Assembly (NCBI GenBank): GCA_021850985.1
Contig: JAJZJX010000002.1
Span: 14,652-78,651, forward strand
Source: a bacterium
GTDB taxonomy: Bacteria > SZUA-79 > Acidulodesulfobacterales > Acidulodesulfobacteraceae
DNA length: 64,000 nucleotides
Direction of reading: 5' to 3'
This document shows positions 18,250-27,958 of the stretch, one piece after another. How positions within the stretch are numbered: the first letter of the stretch is position 1; each line of letters starts with the position of its first letter. The notes beneath the pieces are model-generated. The model saw only the letters and a list, made by a program, of their open reading frames with translations, was not told the DNA's origin and searched no databases. Position numbers and translations under genes: made by a program.

Positions 18250-19438
18250 CTTCTCCCAATAATATATCGACGCTTCCCATTATCGCAATTAAATCAGCTA
18301 TCATATGTCCTTTAGTCATTTCGTTTAGAGCGCTTATATTGCAAAACGACGGCGGTCTTACTCTCATCCTGTATGGAAAGCCGGAACCGTCGGAAACTAA
18401 ATAAAAACCTAATTCTCCTCTGGGATTTTCTATAGAAACGTACGCTTCGCCTTTTGGAGGTTTAATGCCTTCCATTCCGTATTTAAAATTAAAAATCATC
18501 CCCTCCATAGTAGTTAAAGCTCTTTTCTTAGTCGGCTTAACGTATGCAGGATATTCGTCATGGTTTAAATATTCGCCTTCCGGAATATTTTCTATCGCCT
18601 GCGATATTATCTTTAGGCTCTGACGCATCTCTTCTATCCTTATTACGTACCTGTCGTATGTATCACCGTTGTCGCCTATCGGCACTTCAAAATCGAAATC
18701 TTCGTAACCGGAATAAGGATTTACTTTGCGTACGTCGTATTTAACTCCGCTGCCTCTTAAAGACGGTCCGGTCAGAGCAAAATTTATAGCGCTTTCGGCT
18801 GAAATTATTCCTAAATTTTTTGTTCTTTCGAGCCATATTTTATTTTTAGTTAGAAGCGCTTCGTATTCATTAATCTTTTCGGGAAAAATCTTTATAAAAC
18901 TCCTCGTTTTATCGACAAAATCGTTATGTATATCCATCGCAAGACCGCCTACGCGGAAAAAAGAAGGCGTCATCCTTTGACCTGTAACTGTTTCTATTAT
19001 ATCTAATATTAATTCTCTTTCGCGGAAACAGTATAAAAACTCGGTTAATGCGCCTAAATCTACGGCATGCGTAGCAAGCCAGACAAGATGCGAACTTATT
19101 CTGGTAAATTCGGCTAAAATTACGCGAACGTATTCAGCCCTCTTAGGAGCTTTTACTCCGCAAAGCTTTTCTACAGCCAATATATAGCCGAGGTTGTTTG
19201 ATGCTCCGGCTACGTAATCCATTCTGTCCGTAATAGTTTCAGCCTGATGATAAGTTTTATATTCCGCAAATTTTTCCATACTTGTATGCAGATAGCCGAT
19301 TATAGGCTCTGCATGAACTATAGTTTCTCCGTCTAATTGCACTAAAACCCTGAGAACTCCGTGTGTAGCCGGATGAGAAGGTCCTATGTTCAATACGAAC
19401 TTATCATTTTCTATAAGATAATCTTTCTGAGCAATCAT
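18239..19438 (-). CDS. nuoD: NADH-quinone oxidoreductase subunit D
   Basis: 399 aa. NIGPSHPATHGVLR, GGLAMD, and C-terminal RVRPPSF...LGEVDR are typical of the 49-kDa subunit. Confidence 0.94.
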   Translation of the reverse strand: MIAQKDYLIENDKFVLNIGPSHPATHGVLRVLVQLDGETIVHAEPIIGYLHTSMEKFAEYKTYHQAETITDRMDYVAGASNNLGYILAVEKLCGVKAPKRAEYVRVILAEFTRISSHLVWLATHAVDLGALTEFLYCFRERELILDIIETVTGQRMTPSFFRVGGLAMDIHNDFVDKTRSFIKIFPEKINEYEALLTKNKIWLERTKNLGIISAESAINFALTGPSLRGSGVKYDVRKVNPYSGYEDFDFEVPIGDNGDTYDRYVIRIEEMRQSLKIISQAIENIPEGEYLNHDEYPAYVKPTKKRALTTMEGMIFNFKYGMEGIKPPKGEAYVSIENPRGELGFYLVSDGSGFPYRMRVRPPSFCNISALNEMTKGHMIADLIAIMGSVDILLGEVDR

Positions 19439-19458
19439 AGTTTAATTTTTTATGGTAA

Positions 19459-19977
19459 TTATTTAATTTGGTCCAAATCTACGTAACCGGGTGCATCCAT
19501 TTTAATTTCGTGAGGCTCAGGTCTCTGCCTTAATGGATAATCTTTAAGAAGCGGATGACCGACCCAGTCGTCCGGATTTAAAATTCTTTTTAAATCCGGA
19601 TGGCCTTTAAATTTTAGCCCGAACATATCGTAAACTTCTCTTTCAAACCAGTCTGCGGAATTATAAACGGACGTCAAACTCGGATACTCGGTTTCATCTA
19701 TTTTACTCCATATTTTTACAAAAACTCTGAAATTATTTTTTATAGAATAAAAATTGTATATTACTTCTATCCTTTCCGCTCTTTTAGGGTAATCCACAGC
19801 GAATAAATCCGAAAGCATATCAAACTCTAATCTTGCATCATTTTTTAAAAACAAAGCAAATCTTAGCAAATCTTCTTTTTTAATTCTTATATGAACGTCG
19901 CCGTTAATAACGTCTGAAGCTATGATAGATTGCGGCATAGACTCTTTAATAACGGTTAATGCAAACATTATATCCAT
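19459..19977 (-). CDS. nuoC: NADH-quinone oxidoreductase subunit C
   Basis: 172 aa. [22 protein letters not shown] is the conserved 30-kDa subunit motif. Confidence 0.9.
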   Translation of the reverse strand: MDIMFALTVIKESMPQSIIASDVINGDVHIRIKKEDLLRFALFLKNDARLEFDMLSDLFAVDYPKRAERIEVIYNFYSIKNNFRVFVKIWSKIDETEYPSLTSVYNSADWFEREVYDMFGLKFKGHPDLKRILNPDDWVGHPLLKDYPLRQRPEPHEIKMDAPGYVDLDQIK

Positions 19978-20030
19978 ATCGCCATAATTAATTAATATGT
20001 TTTGTTTATATTTAAGTCTTACGCTTTATG

Positions 20031-20525
20031 CTATCTGAAAAGTTTAGGCGGCTCTTCATGTTTCAAAGTGCCTTTTTCTATTTTTTCTTGAAGTTTTACT
20101 ATGCCGTAAATAAGAGCTTCCGGACGCGGAGGACATCCGGGTATATAAACATCGACAGGAATGATAGTATCGACTCCCTGAACAATGCTGTAAACATTAA
20201 AAAGCCCTCCCGAACATGCGCAGTCGCCCATAGCAATAACCCATTTCGGATTAGGCATCTGGTCGTAAACTCTTTTAACCATGGGCGCCATTTTATATGA
20301 AACTCTGCCGGATACTATTATAAGGTCGGACTGGCGCGGACTAGACCTGAATATAAGACCGAGTCTGTCGAAGTCGTATCTTGAAGATGCCACCGTCATC
20401 ATCTCGATAGCGCAGCATGCCAACCCGAAAGTTGCCGGCCATATAGACCACTTTCTGCCCCACGAAACAATTTTATCCAATGAAGCGGTAATTATATTAT
20501 CGCCTAGATGCTCTTCTATTCCCAT
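20031..20525 (-). CDS. nuoB: NADH-quinone oxidoreductase subunit B
   Basis: 164 aa. N2 cluster ligands in [18 protein letters not shown] and [10 protein letters not shown]. Confidence 0.95.
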   Translation of the reverse strand: MGIEEHLGDNIITASLDKIVSWGRKWSIWPATFGLACCAIEMMTVASSRYDFDRLGLIFRSSPRQSDLIIVSGRVSYKMAPMVKRVYDQMPNPKWVIAMGDCACSGGLFNVYSIVQGVDTIIPVDVYIPGCPPRPEALIYGIVKLQEKIEKGTLKHEEPPKLFR

Positions 20526-20896
20526 TTAAGCGCTCCTTTCAGCCATACGTAAAGCAGACCGATTACCAATATCACTATAAATAAAAACATTTCGACAAAT
20601 CCGAGTATTCCAAGATGCGAAAATATAACCGCCCAAGGAAAAAGAAAAAGAGCTTCGATATCGAAAAGAAGAAAAAATATAGCTATTAGATAAAACTTTA
20701 CGTCAAATTTAACGTGGGGTTCGCCGGTCGGCTCGACGCCGCATTCATATGCCTTTAGCTTGCCTGACTCGTATGTTTTTTTTCCGATAAAATTAGATAT
20801 TAAAATGGTAAAGACCGCAAATATAATCGCTATAACAAGCATTATAAATATGGGCAGAAAAGAAATTAAACCGTTGTTGTTTATACTATTATTCAT
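20516..20896 (-). CDS. nuoA: NADH-quinone oxidoreductase subunit A
   Basis: 126 aa. [40 protein letters not shown] is the ND3/NuoA signature. First gene of the array. Confidence 0.9.
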   Translation of the reverse strand: MNNSINNNGLISFLPIFIMLVIAIIFAVFTILISNFIGKKTYESGKLKAYECGVEPTGEPHVKFDVKFYLIAIFFLLFDIEALFLFPWAVIFSHLGILGFVEMFLFIVILVIGLLYVWLKGALKWE

Positions 20897-20948
20897 TTAA
20901 TTAATAGTTAAGGTCATATAGTTTAATGTTATTAATCTAAACTTTTTG

Positions 20949-20977
20949 ATTATATCATACGATATAATCAAAATCAA
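20949..20977 (-). promoter_or_regulatory. Candidate sigma70 promoter of the nuo operon
   Basis: Minus strand reads TTGATT (20977-20972), a 17-nt spacer, then TGaTATAAT (-10 at 20954-20949, TG at 20957-20956). It lies about 50 nt upstream of the nuoA ATG and overlaps a perfect 11-bp inverted repeat (20946-20971). Sequence-only prediction in AT-rich DNA. Confidence 0.4.
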
Positions 20978-21011
20978 GCTATAAAATTCTAATTTATAAA
21001 AAAATTTAAAT

Positions 21012-21047
21012 AAATATAAATATATGCATATTCATATATTTATATTT
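21012..21047 (-). terminator. Weak AT-rich hairpin plus T-run downstream of pepA
   Basis: AAATATAAATATATG / CATATATTTATATTT form 15-bp arms with a 6-nt loop, starting 5 nt after the pepA stop. It is followed on the minus strand by ATTTAAATTTTTTTAT. The stem is almost entirely A/T, so its strength is doubtful. Confidence 0.3.
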
Positions 21048-21051
21048 ATAA

Positions 21052-22617
21052 TTATAATTTATGCTGATTTAAATAATAAAGTAAAGTCCTGACGCCGACG
21101 CCTGTACCGCCTTTTGGGTTATAATTAAAACCCGTTTTGGTAAAAGCAGGTCCGGCTATATCTATATGGCACCATTTAGCTTTATCCGGAACAAATTCTT
21201 CCAGAAACATTCCTGCCGTAATCGCACCGCCGTATCTGTTGCCTACGTTTTTTAAATCGGCAATCGGACTTGAAAGTTTTTCCTTCATATTATCGTCGAA
21301 AGGAAGTTCCCACATTCTCTCTCCCGTAATTTGACTTACCGATATTATATTGGATATAAGGTCTTTATCGTTTCCCATAACTCCGGAAGTGTATTCCCCA
21401 AGCGCAATTACGCAAGCGCCGGTTAAAGTCGCAAGGTCTATAATTTCGTCAACTCCTAATTCTGACGTGAAGCTTAAAGCGTCAGCCAAAGTCAGTCTGC
21501 CTTCCGCATCGGTATTTTCTATCTCTATAGTCTTTCCGTTTAAAGCTTTAACTATGTCGTCGGGTCTCTGAGCTCCGCCGTCCGGCATATTCTCGCATGC
21601 CGCAATAATGCCATGAACTTCTAAGTCTATATCGAAATCTTTAATATATTTCATAACACCTAACACGGTGCAAGCCCCTGATTTGTCGCTTTTCATAGTT
21701 GTCATAAAATCCGCCGGTTTCAACGAAAGTCCGCCGCTGTCAAAAGTGATGCCTTTCCCGATTAATGCGATTTTTTTGATATTTTTACTCTTCTGCTTAT
21801 TTTTCGGTTTATATGTTAAATGAATAAACCTAGGCGGGTTTTTCGATCCGCGTGCTACGCCGTAAAATGCGTTCATTCCTTTTTTTATTATCTCTTTTTC
21901 GTTAAATATTTCACAGCTTATACCGCTTTCTTCAGATATTTTAGCTGCTAAATCGGCTAAATATTCAGGGGTTACGACGTTACCCGGTTCGTTTACTATA
22001 TCGCGCGCAAAGTTAGCAGCGGAAGCCGTTTGTTTTCCAAAATCAAAACCTTCATCTATCGCTTTTGCATTTTCCTTAGTAACCTTTAAGCCGTTAAAAT
22101 GAATATTAATAACTTCGGGGTATTTTTCGTCTTTGCCTTTTTTTGTCATTGCTTTATTTCCTGAGGCGGCAGACATATATTTTTTAAACTCGTATAATCC
22201 TAATTCTGCTCCCTCCGATATTGCCGCAGCGGAATAAAACATTCCTTTCTTTATATAATATTCGCCGCTTAATTCGGGAATTACGACCGTTATTTCATTA
22301 GATTTGTTTGCCTTGGCGGTTTTAGCCGCCGCCGCGATAAAACTTCTCAAGGAATCGTAATTAAACTTATCTTTTTTGTCTAATCCGTAAACTAATGAAT
22401 ATGCGGGTGATTCTATAAGAACGCTCTTTCCTTTTTTTGCTTTAAAATCTAAACGTTTCAGCCTTTTATAAATAAATTCTAATTTTTTAAAATTTCCCGA
22501 TTTTAAAAAACGGTTTTCTTCTCCTTGAAAAACCCCGAAAACAAAAATATGGTTTAATTCATTTGTTTTATTTTCGGATAAGTTTATTTCTATAGAATCT
22601 ACTAATTTAAATTTCAA
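21052..22617 (-). CDS. pepA: Leucyl (M17) aminopeptidase
   Basis: 521 aa. GKGITFDSGGLSLKP and NTDAEGRLTLADAL are M17 catalytic-site motifs. Confidence 0.94.
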   Translation of the reverse strand: MKFKLVDSIEINLSENKTNELNHIFVFGVFQGEENRFLKSGNFKKLEFIYKRLKRLDFKAKKGKSVLIESPAYSLVYGLDKKDKFNYDSLRSFIAAAAKTAKANKSNEITVVIPELSGEYYIKKGMFYSAAAISEGAELGLYEFKKYMSAASGNKAMTKKGKDEKYPEVINIHFNGLKVTKENAKAIDEGFDFGKQTASAANFARDIVNEPGNVVTPEYLADLAAKISEESGISCEIFNEKEIIKKGMNAFYGVARGSKNPPRFIHLTYKPKNKQKSKNIKKIALIGKGITFDSGGLSLKPADFMTTMKSDKSGACTVLGVMKYIKDFDIDLEVHGIIAACENMPDGGAQRPDDIVKALNGKTIEIENTDAEGRLTLADALSFTSELGVDEIIDLATLTGACVIALGEYTSGVMGNDKDLISNIISVSQITGERMWELPFDDNMKEKLSSPIADLKNVGNRYGGAITAGMFLEEFVPDKAKWCHIDIAGPAFTKTGFNYNPKGGTGVGVRTLLYYLNQHKL

Positions 22618-22638
22618 ATTTTAACCCTCCTGATTTTA

Positions 22639-22681
22639 TTTTATTACGGGGACAGAATTCAATTCTGTCCCCGTAATAAAA
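22639..22681. repeat. Family-A palindrome, long form (21-bp arms)
   Basis: TTTTATTACGGGGACAGAATT-c-AATTCTGTCCCCGTAATAAAA, lying between the acs stop and the pepA RBS (AGGAGGG). Confidence 0.9.
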
Positions 22682-22685
22682 TTGA

Positions 22686-24593
22686 TTAATCATCTTCTAT
22701 CGTAGATAAATCTCCTTCGCTTATACCCATTTCCCTCGCTTTCAAAACTCTCCTCATAATTTTTCCGCTTCTCGTCTTAGGAAGAGAATCGACAAACTCA
22801 ATTTCGTCCGGTTTCGCTATAGGACCAAGCGTTTTACCGACGTTAGCTTTAATATCGTCCATAAGGGCATCGGTTTTATCTATGCCGGGCTTTAACACTA
22901 CGAAAGCCTTTATCGAATTGCCTTTAACGTCGTGGGGTTTGCCTATTACCGCAGACTCGGCAACTGCTTCGTGGGTAATTAAAGCGCTTTCTATCTCGGC
23001 AGTTCCCAGCCTGTATCCCGAAACTTTAATTACGTCGTCTATCCTGCCCATAACGTAAAAATAACCGTCTTCGTCTCTTTTCGCGGTATCTCCCGCAAGA
23101 TATACGCCTTTAAATTTAGAAAAATAAGTTTCTTTATATCTGTTTTCGTCTTTATAAACAGTCCTCATCATGGAAGGCCATGGCTTTTTAATTACAAGAT
23201 AACCGCCTTTGTTAGGCTCTTCCACGCTTTTACCGTTTTCGTCGAAAATATCGGCGTCTATTCCAAGAAACGGTTTTCCGCATGAACCGGGTTTTAACGG
23301 CAGAGAAGGTACGGGCGTTATCAGAAACATACCGGATTCCGTCTGCCACCACGTATCCATAATAGGGCATCTTTCTTTGCCTATATGCTTATAATACCAA
23401 CGCCAGACTTCGGGATTTATGGGTTCGCCGACGCTTCCGATAATTTTAAGGGAGCTTAGATTATGCCTGTTAGGCCAGTTTTCACCGAATCTCATTACGC
23501 CTCTTATAGCCGTAGGGGAAGTATAAAATATATTTACGGCATGTTTTTCGACTATTCTCCACCATCTGTCCGGATAAGGATAATAAGGCGAACCTTCAAC
23601 CATAAGCGTCGTAGCCCCGTTAATCAAAGGTCCATAAATTATATAGGAATGTCCCGTTATCCAGCCCGGGTCTGCGGCGCACCAGTAAGTATCGGTATCG
23701 TTTATGTTAAAAACGTATTTTGAAGTTATATACGTTCCTACGGAATATCCGCCGTGAACATGCAATATGCCTTTAGGTTTTCCTGTAGTTCCCGATGTAT
23801 AAAGTATAAAAAGAGGGTCTTCGGCATCAAGCTCTTCGGTTTTAAGATAAGGGTTAGCTATGGGCAGTTTCATAAGTTCGTCGTAATAAAAATCCCTCGA
23901 AGTATCTATAGAAACTTCTTTACACGTTCTTTTTACTACGATAACGGTTTGAACGACCGGAGCTTTAGTTACCGCTTCGTCGGCTATTTTTTTAAGCTCT
24001 ATAACCTTGCCTCCTCTTAAAGCTCCGTCGGCGGTAATAAGCAGTTTGCTTTGTGCGTCTATTATTCTGTCCTTAAGCGCTAAAGCCGAAAAGCCTGCGT
24101 AAACTACGCTATGGATTGCTCCTATTTTTGCGCATGCAAGCATGCTGATAGCTATTTCCGGTATGTTTGGAAGATAAATAGTAACGGTATCGCCTTTTTT
24201 TATTCCAAAACTTTTTAAGACGTTTGCAAACTTATTTACCTCTTTATATAAAGAGAAATAAGTATAAACCCTTTCAGTACCGTCTTCGCCTTCCCATATT
24301 ATCGCCAGCTTATTTTTCCTAAATGTCGCTATATGTCTGTCTAATGCATTATGAACTATATTAGTCTTGCCTCCCGTAAACCATTTATAAAATGGAGGAT
24401 TTGATTGGTCCAACACTTTATCCCAGTGCCTGAACCACGACAGCTGTTTTGCCGTTTCATCCCAGAATTTTTCGTTTTCTTTTATGGAATATTCGTGTAA
24501 TTTATCGTAATCCTCGACATAACAGTTTTTCAAAATTTCTTTAGACGGCAGAAAGATATCCTTCTCCTGAGACAGACTGTCAAAAGTACTCAT
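22686..24593 (-). CDS. acs: Acetyl-CoA synthetase (AMP-forming)
   Basis: 635 aa. YTSGTTGKPKG AMP-binding motif, YWCAADPGWITGHSY, and C-terminal TRSGKIMRR. Confidence 0.95.
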   Translation of the reverse strand: MSTFDSLSQEKDIFLPSKEILKNCYVEDYDKLHEYSIKENEKFWDETAKQLSWFRHWDKVLDQSNPPFYKWFTGGKTNIVHNALDRHIATFRKNKLAIIWEGEDGTERVYTYFSLYKEVNKFANVLKSFGIKKGDTVTIYLPNIPEIAISMLACAKIGAIHSVVYAGFSALALKDRIIDAQSKLLITADGALRGGKVIELKKIADEAVTKAPVVQTVIVVKRTCKEVSIDTSRDFYYDELMKLPIANPYLKTEELDAEDPLFILYTSGTTGKPKGILHVHGGYSVGTYITSKYVFNINDTDTYWCAADPGWITGHSYIIYGPLINGATTLMVEGSPYYPYPDRWWRIVEKHAVNIFYTSPTAIRGVMRFGENWPNRHNLSSLKIIGSVGEPINPEVWRWYYKHIGKERCPIMDTWWQTESGMFLITPVPSLPLKPGSCGKPFLGIDADIFDENGKSVEEPNKGGYLVIKKPWPSMMRTVYKDENRYKETYFSKFKGVYLAGDTAKRDEDGYFYVMGRIDDVIKVSGYRLGTAEIESALITHEAVAESAVIGKPHDVKGNSIKAFVVLKPGIDKTDALMDDIKANVGKTLGPIAKPDEIEFVDSLPKTRSGKIMRRVLKAREMGISEGDLSTIEDD

Positions 24594-24635
24594 AAAGTAA
24601 ATCCCCCATAAAGTAAATTGATTTTTATTAAATTA

Positions 24636-26423
24636 TTAATATTTAAATTTCTTCAATATGCCGATTAATTTTTCGAGTTCTCCGTAAATAGATTCAGCCT
24701 CCTTTGCCGTATTGGAAGATTTTTCGGAATTAGACACGGAGAGCGTTGAGACCGTCTCGATATTCAGGGAAATCTCGTTGGTAGCCGCAGTCTGCTCTTC
24801 AGAAGCGGCAGCTATAGAACTTATCTGGTCGGTTAAAACAACTATATTTTTTTCAATACTGTCTAAGGATTCTCCGGCTTTTGAAGCATAACCGACGGAT
24901 AAATCTACTTCGCTCAAAGTCTTATCCATAGAAGTTTTTGTATTTTGAGTACTTTGCTGCATCGTCTGAACTTTAGCCGCTATTTCTTTTGTAGCTTTTA
25001 CGGTTCTTTCGGCTAATTTTCTTACCTCGTCGGCGACGACGGCAAATCCTCTTCCCGATTCTCCGGCGCGGGCAGCTTCTATGGCGGCATTAAGGGCAAG
25101 CAGGTTAGTCTGATCGGCTATATCGTTAATAACGGATATTATTTCCCCTATTTCAAACGAACTTTGCTCTAACCCGTTTATTAATCCTCCAAGCTGCTGA
25201 GTAAGCACTGCTACGTTTTTAATGCCGGATATCGACTTTTCCACTATGTCGAAACCGCTTTTTGCGCTGTCCGATGCTTCTTTGGCGATAGAACTTACGT
25301 TCTGCGTATTTTTAGCAATTTCTTTAATTGTCTGCGACATCTCTTCGGAAGCGGCGGCTACATGCGTCGCAAGTTCAGCCTGCTCCTGCGCTTTACCGCT
25401 AATTTCATCGACGTGCCCTTCTATTGTGGTGCTTACGTCGACTATAGTCATAGCTTCTTCCGTAATAGACTTTACTATCTCTCTAATATCTATAATAAAT
25501 TTATTAAATTCGTTAACAACGGCAGTAATTTCGTCATAAACCGAATTTTTGTAAACTTTACATTTTTTACAAATGTGCTCTCCTTTCTCGCCGAATTTTT
25601 CTATCTGTTTATCCCAGCATCTCGGCTCAAGTTCTGATTCGTCCAGCATGCAATGCCTGTGGCGATTTGATATAATTTTCGGTTTATCAAAACAATCCAT
25701 CGGAATCAATTTGCTTAAATCGCCTTCTCCTTTAGATATATCTCTAACCCTGTTATAAAAATTAGTAATCGGTTTTATAAATGTCTGCTTAAGCATTAAA
25801 TACATTAACAATATTGCTATAATTATTAATATAATAGAAAATATAACAACGTTACGCATAAAAATATTTGACGCTTTTACCGCATTTTTAAGAGAATATA
25901 CAAGTTCCACTCCGCCGAGAACCGTTCCTGATTTGACGGTATGGCACATTAGGCAGTCTATGCCCCTTGACATCTTTTTTGCAATAAAAGGAACACCCAC
26001 TTTCAAATATTTCTGTCCGTTTTTTTCATAAACGCTTATTATCTCTTTCTTTGACGAAAGTATTTCTTTATCGAAATTAGTAACAGCCTCCTCCTGCTTT
26101 AAACCTTTTCCGAATTCTTTGTTTACGGAGTTGCCCCTCACTAACTTAAAAGACTTAATCCCCTTGATTTTTCTGTATATGCCGAATAACTGGCGCCTGT
26201 CGGATTTATTAGCAATAGTGCCGTTAAGCATCATGGCGTTTAAACTGGAAAGCATTGTTTTTGCCGTAACCACTGCGTCAAAAGACGTAGTTTTTACCGA
26301 CATCTTATTTTGAAAATATAATGCATAATAAGTAAGCGCAAAAAGCACCACTATTGCAGCAATTATAATCATTGAAATAAGTTTGGTTTTAATAGAAGTC
26401 TTATTAATTATTGATAAATTCAT
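24636..26423 (-). CDS. Methyl-accepting chemotaxis protein with periplasmic CxxCH (heme-c type) sensor domain and Cys-rich insert in the HAMP linker
   Basis: TM1, a periplasmic region of about 155 aa containing DCLMCHT, TM2, HAMP, then the signalling domain ([34 protein letters not shown]). I moved the start to ATG 26423 (MNLSIINK) because AAGGAGGAG lies 9 nt upstream; the track start at 26453 lacks an RBS. Confidence 0.9.
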   Translation of the reverse strand: MNLSIINKTSIKTKLISMIIIAAIVVLFALTYYALYFQNKMSVKTTSFDAVVTAKTMLSSLNAMMLNGTIANKSDRRQLFGIYRKIKGIKSFKLVRGNSVNKEFGKGLKQEEAVTNFDKEILSSKKEIISVYEKNGQKYLKVGVPFIAKKMSRGIDCLMCHTVKSGTVLGGVELVYSLKNAVKASNIFMRNVVIFSIILIIIAILLMYLMLKQTFIKPITNFYNRVRDISKGEGDLSKLIPMDCFDKPKIISNRHRHCMLDESELEPRCWDKQIEKFGEKGEHICKKCKVYKNSVYDEITAVVNEFNKFIIDIREIVKSITEEAMTIVDVSTTIEGHVDEISGKAQEQAELATHVAAASEEMSQTIKEIAKNTQNVSSIAKEASDSAKSGFDIVEKSISGIKNVAVLTQQLGGLINGLEQSSFEIGEIISVINDIADQTNLLALNAAIEAARAGESGRGFAVVADEVRKLAERTVKATKEIAAKVQTMQQSTQNTKTSMDKTLSEVDLSVGYASKAGESLDSIEKNIVVLTDQISSIAAASEEQTAATNEISLNIETVSTLSVSNSEKSSNTAKEAESIYGELEKLIGILKKFKY

Positions 26424-26547
26424 ACAGACACGCTCCTCCTTAGGATATAACAAATTATTTTCAATAAAACCGATATTTTATTATTTTAATCTAATAAAAA
26501 AAAATATGTTACAATTATTTTTTAAAACAATAAATAAACTTAATTAG

Positions 26548-27894
26548 TTAAATTTTTATACCTGCAAGCTTTCTGTAAACCGACCTTTCGCTTTCACCTA
26601 TAATATCTGCTATTTCGGCTCTCGTATGCCCTTTGGAAAGGAGATAGCTTATGTATTTTTCTTCTATTTCTTTAATAGGTATTTTTTTTTCGAACATTCC
26701 AAACTCGTCTCCGCAGTTCAAATTTTTGCCGCCGGCAATCTCAAGCTGAATAGCGTCGTCCGTAATTTCTTCTTTATCTTCGGATAAAATTATAGACCTT
26801 TCTATTACGTTTTTCAACTCCCTGACGTTTCCGGGCCAAGCATAATCCATTAGCTTATTTAATGCCGACTGCGCAATAGGTTTAGAATATTGAACTTTAT
26901 TTTCTTTGGTCATAAAATAGTGCGCTAAATAAGGGATGTCTTCTTTTCGTTCCCTTAAAGGCGGAAGTTCTATAGTGAAACCGCTTATCCTGTAAAACAG
27001 ATCTCCCCTGAATTTACCGTCTTCTACCATTTTTTTTAAATTTTTATTCGTTGCCGTTATAATCCTTGCATCTATAAAAATATTTTTAGACGAACCTACT
27101 CTCCTAAAACTTTTAGTGTCTATTATCCTTAAAAGTTTTGCCTGTATTATACTGCTTACTTCGCCAATCTCGTCGATAAAAAGAGTTCCTTTGTCCGCAT
27201 ATTCGAGAAGTCCTTTTTTAAGGGCATCCGCACCGGTAAACGAACCTCTTTCATGCCCGAAGAGTTCGGATTCGAAAAGATTTTCCGATAAATTACATGA
27301 ATCGACTATTATAAACGGTTTATCTCTCCTTGAAGAAAGCCTGTGCAGAAGGTTTGCGCTAAGTTCCTTGCCGGTTCCCGATTCTCCCGATATTAAGACG
27401 TTTAAATTAGATTTTGCCGCTACTGTAATATCGTCGATAACCTTAGCGGCGGCTTTCGATTTTCCTATAAAAAATTTTTTAAATATTTCTCTCTTAAAAT
27501 AAGAGGCATAATTTTTAAGCTGTAATTTTTCTATCAGCTTTTTTAAAGTTATGCTGAGTTCCTCCAAGCTTAAAGGTTTAACTAAATAGTCGCATGCTCC
27601 GATTTTTAAAGCCGATACCGCCGAATCGACGCTGCCGAATGCCGTAAGAATGATTATCTCTATATCTTCCGATCTTGATTTTACGGTTTTTAACAGTTCT
27701 ATGCCTGTTTTGCCGGGAAGTTTTAAATCCGATATTATAATATTAAAAAAATCTTTTTCTAATCTGTCTATAGCTTCTTCGGCCGAATTTGCCGAATCTA
27801 CGTCGTAACCTTCGTTTTTTAAAAAGTCGGAGAGAATTTTTCTGTAATTGATATCGTCATCGACTATAAGTATAGAGACCGAATGATTGTCCAT
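26548..27894 (-). CDS. Sigma54-dependent response regulator (NtrC/AtoC family)
   Basis: REC domain (ILIVDDD...SDLKLPG); AAA+ activator domain (GESGTGKE, ELFGHERGSFTGA as a GAFTGA-type loop); C-terminal HTH (RAEIADIIGESERSVYRKL). Confidence 0.92.
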   Translation of the reverse strand: MDNHSVSILIVDDDINYRKILSDFLKNEGYDVDSANSAEEAIDRLEKDFFNIIISDLKLPGKTGIELLKTVKSRSEDIEIIILTAFGSVDSAVSALKIGACDYLVKPLSLEELSITLKKLIEKLQLKNYASYFKREIFKKFFIGKSKAAAKVIDDITVAAKSNLNVLISGESGTGKELSANLLHRLSSRRDKPFIIVDSCNLSENLFESELFGHERGSFTGADALKKGLLEYADKGTLFIDEIGEVSSIIQAKLLRIIDTKSFRRVGSSKNIFIDARIITATNKNLKKMVEDGKFRGDLFYRISGFTIELPPLRERKEDIPYLAHYFMTKENKVQYSKPIAQSALNKLMDYAWPGNVRELKNVIERSIILSEDKEEITDDAIQLEIAGGKNLNCGDEFGMFEKKIPIKEIEEKYISYLLSKGHTRAEIADIIGESERSVYRKLAGIKI

Positions 27895-27958
27895 CTTTAT
27901 ATGATTTAAAGTACAAATATAAAATTAATTTATTTACTCGGAAAAGGTGAAATTAATA

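Noticed and set aside
22639-22681. Family-A palindromes as ordinary Rho-independent terminators of the minus-strand genes
   Set aside because: In the transcribed (minus) orientation the hairpins at 22639 and 32464 are followed by A-rich or mixed sequence, not a U-tract. The next gene's RBS follows within about 20 nt at 22639. Only the 1654 copy has a T-run, and that is on the plus strand. A simple terminator role therefore does not explain the family.
26424-26453. Ten extra N-terminal codons of the MCP ([10 protein letters not shown]), and similar extensions of coaE (32310-32327) and lpxB (48249-48269, TTG start)
   Set aside because: Downstream ATGs have much better RBS context or conserved N-termini: AAGGAGGAG before 26423, GGAG before 32309, and MHKILVVCGEPSGD at 48248.
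21052-26453. pepA-acs-MCP as a horizontally acquired or accessory island between rho and nuo
   Set aside because: Composition, codon style and strand are indistinguishable by eye from the flanking core genes. No mobility genes or tRNA borders are present.
26424-26547. Sigma54 (-24 TGGCAC / -12 TTGC) promoter upstream of the MCP, acs (24594-24635) or the kinase (29114-29280), as expected next to an NtrC-type regulator
   Set aside because: Reading both spacers on the minus strand, I found no GG-N10-GC element with acceptable flanks. GGCATGCTTTTTCA and GGCGTGCTTTTCAT inside the family-C elements have the wrong -12 region.
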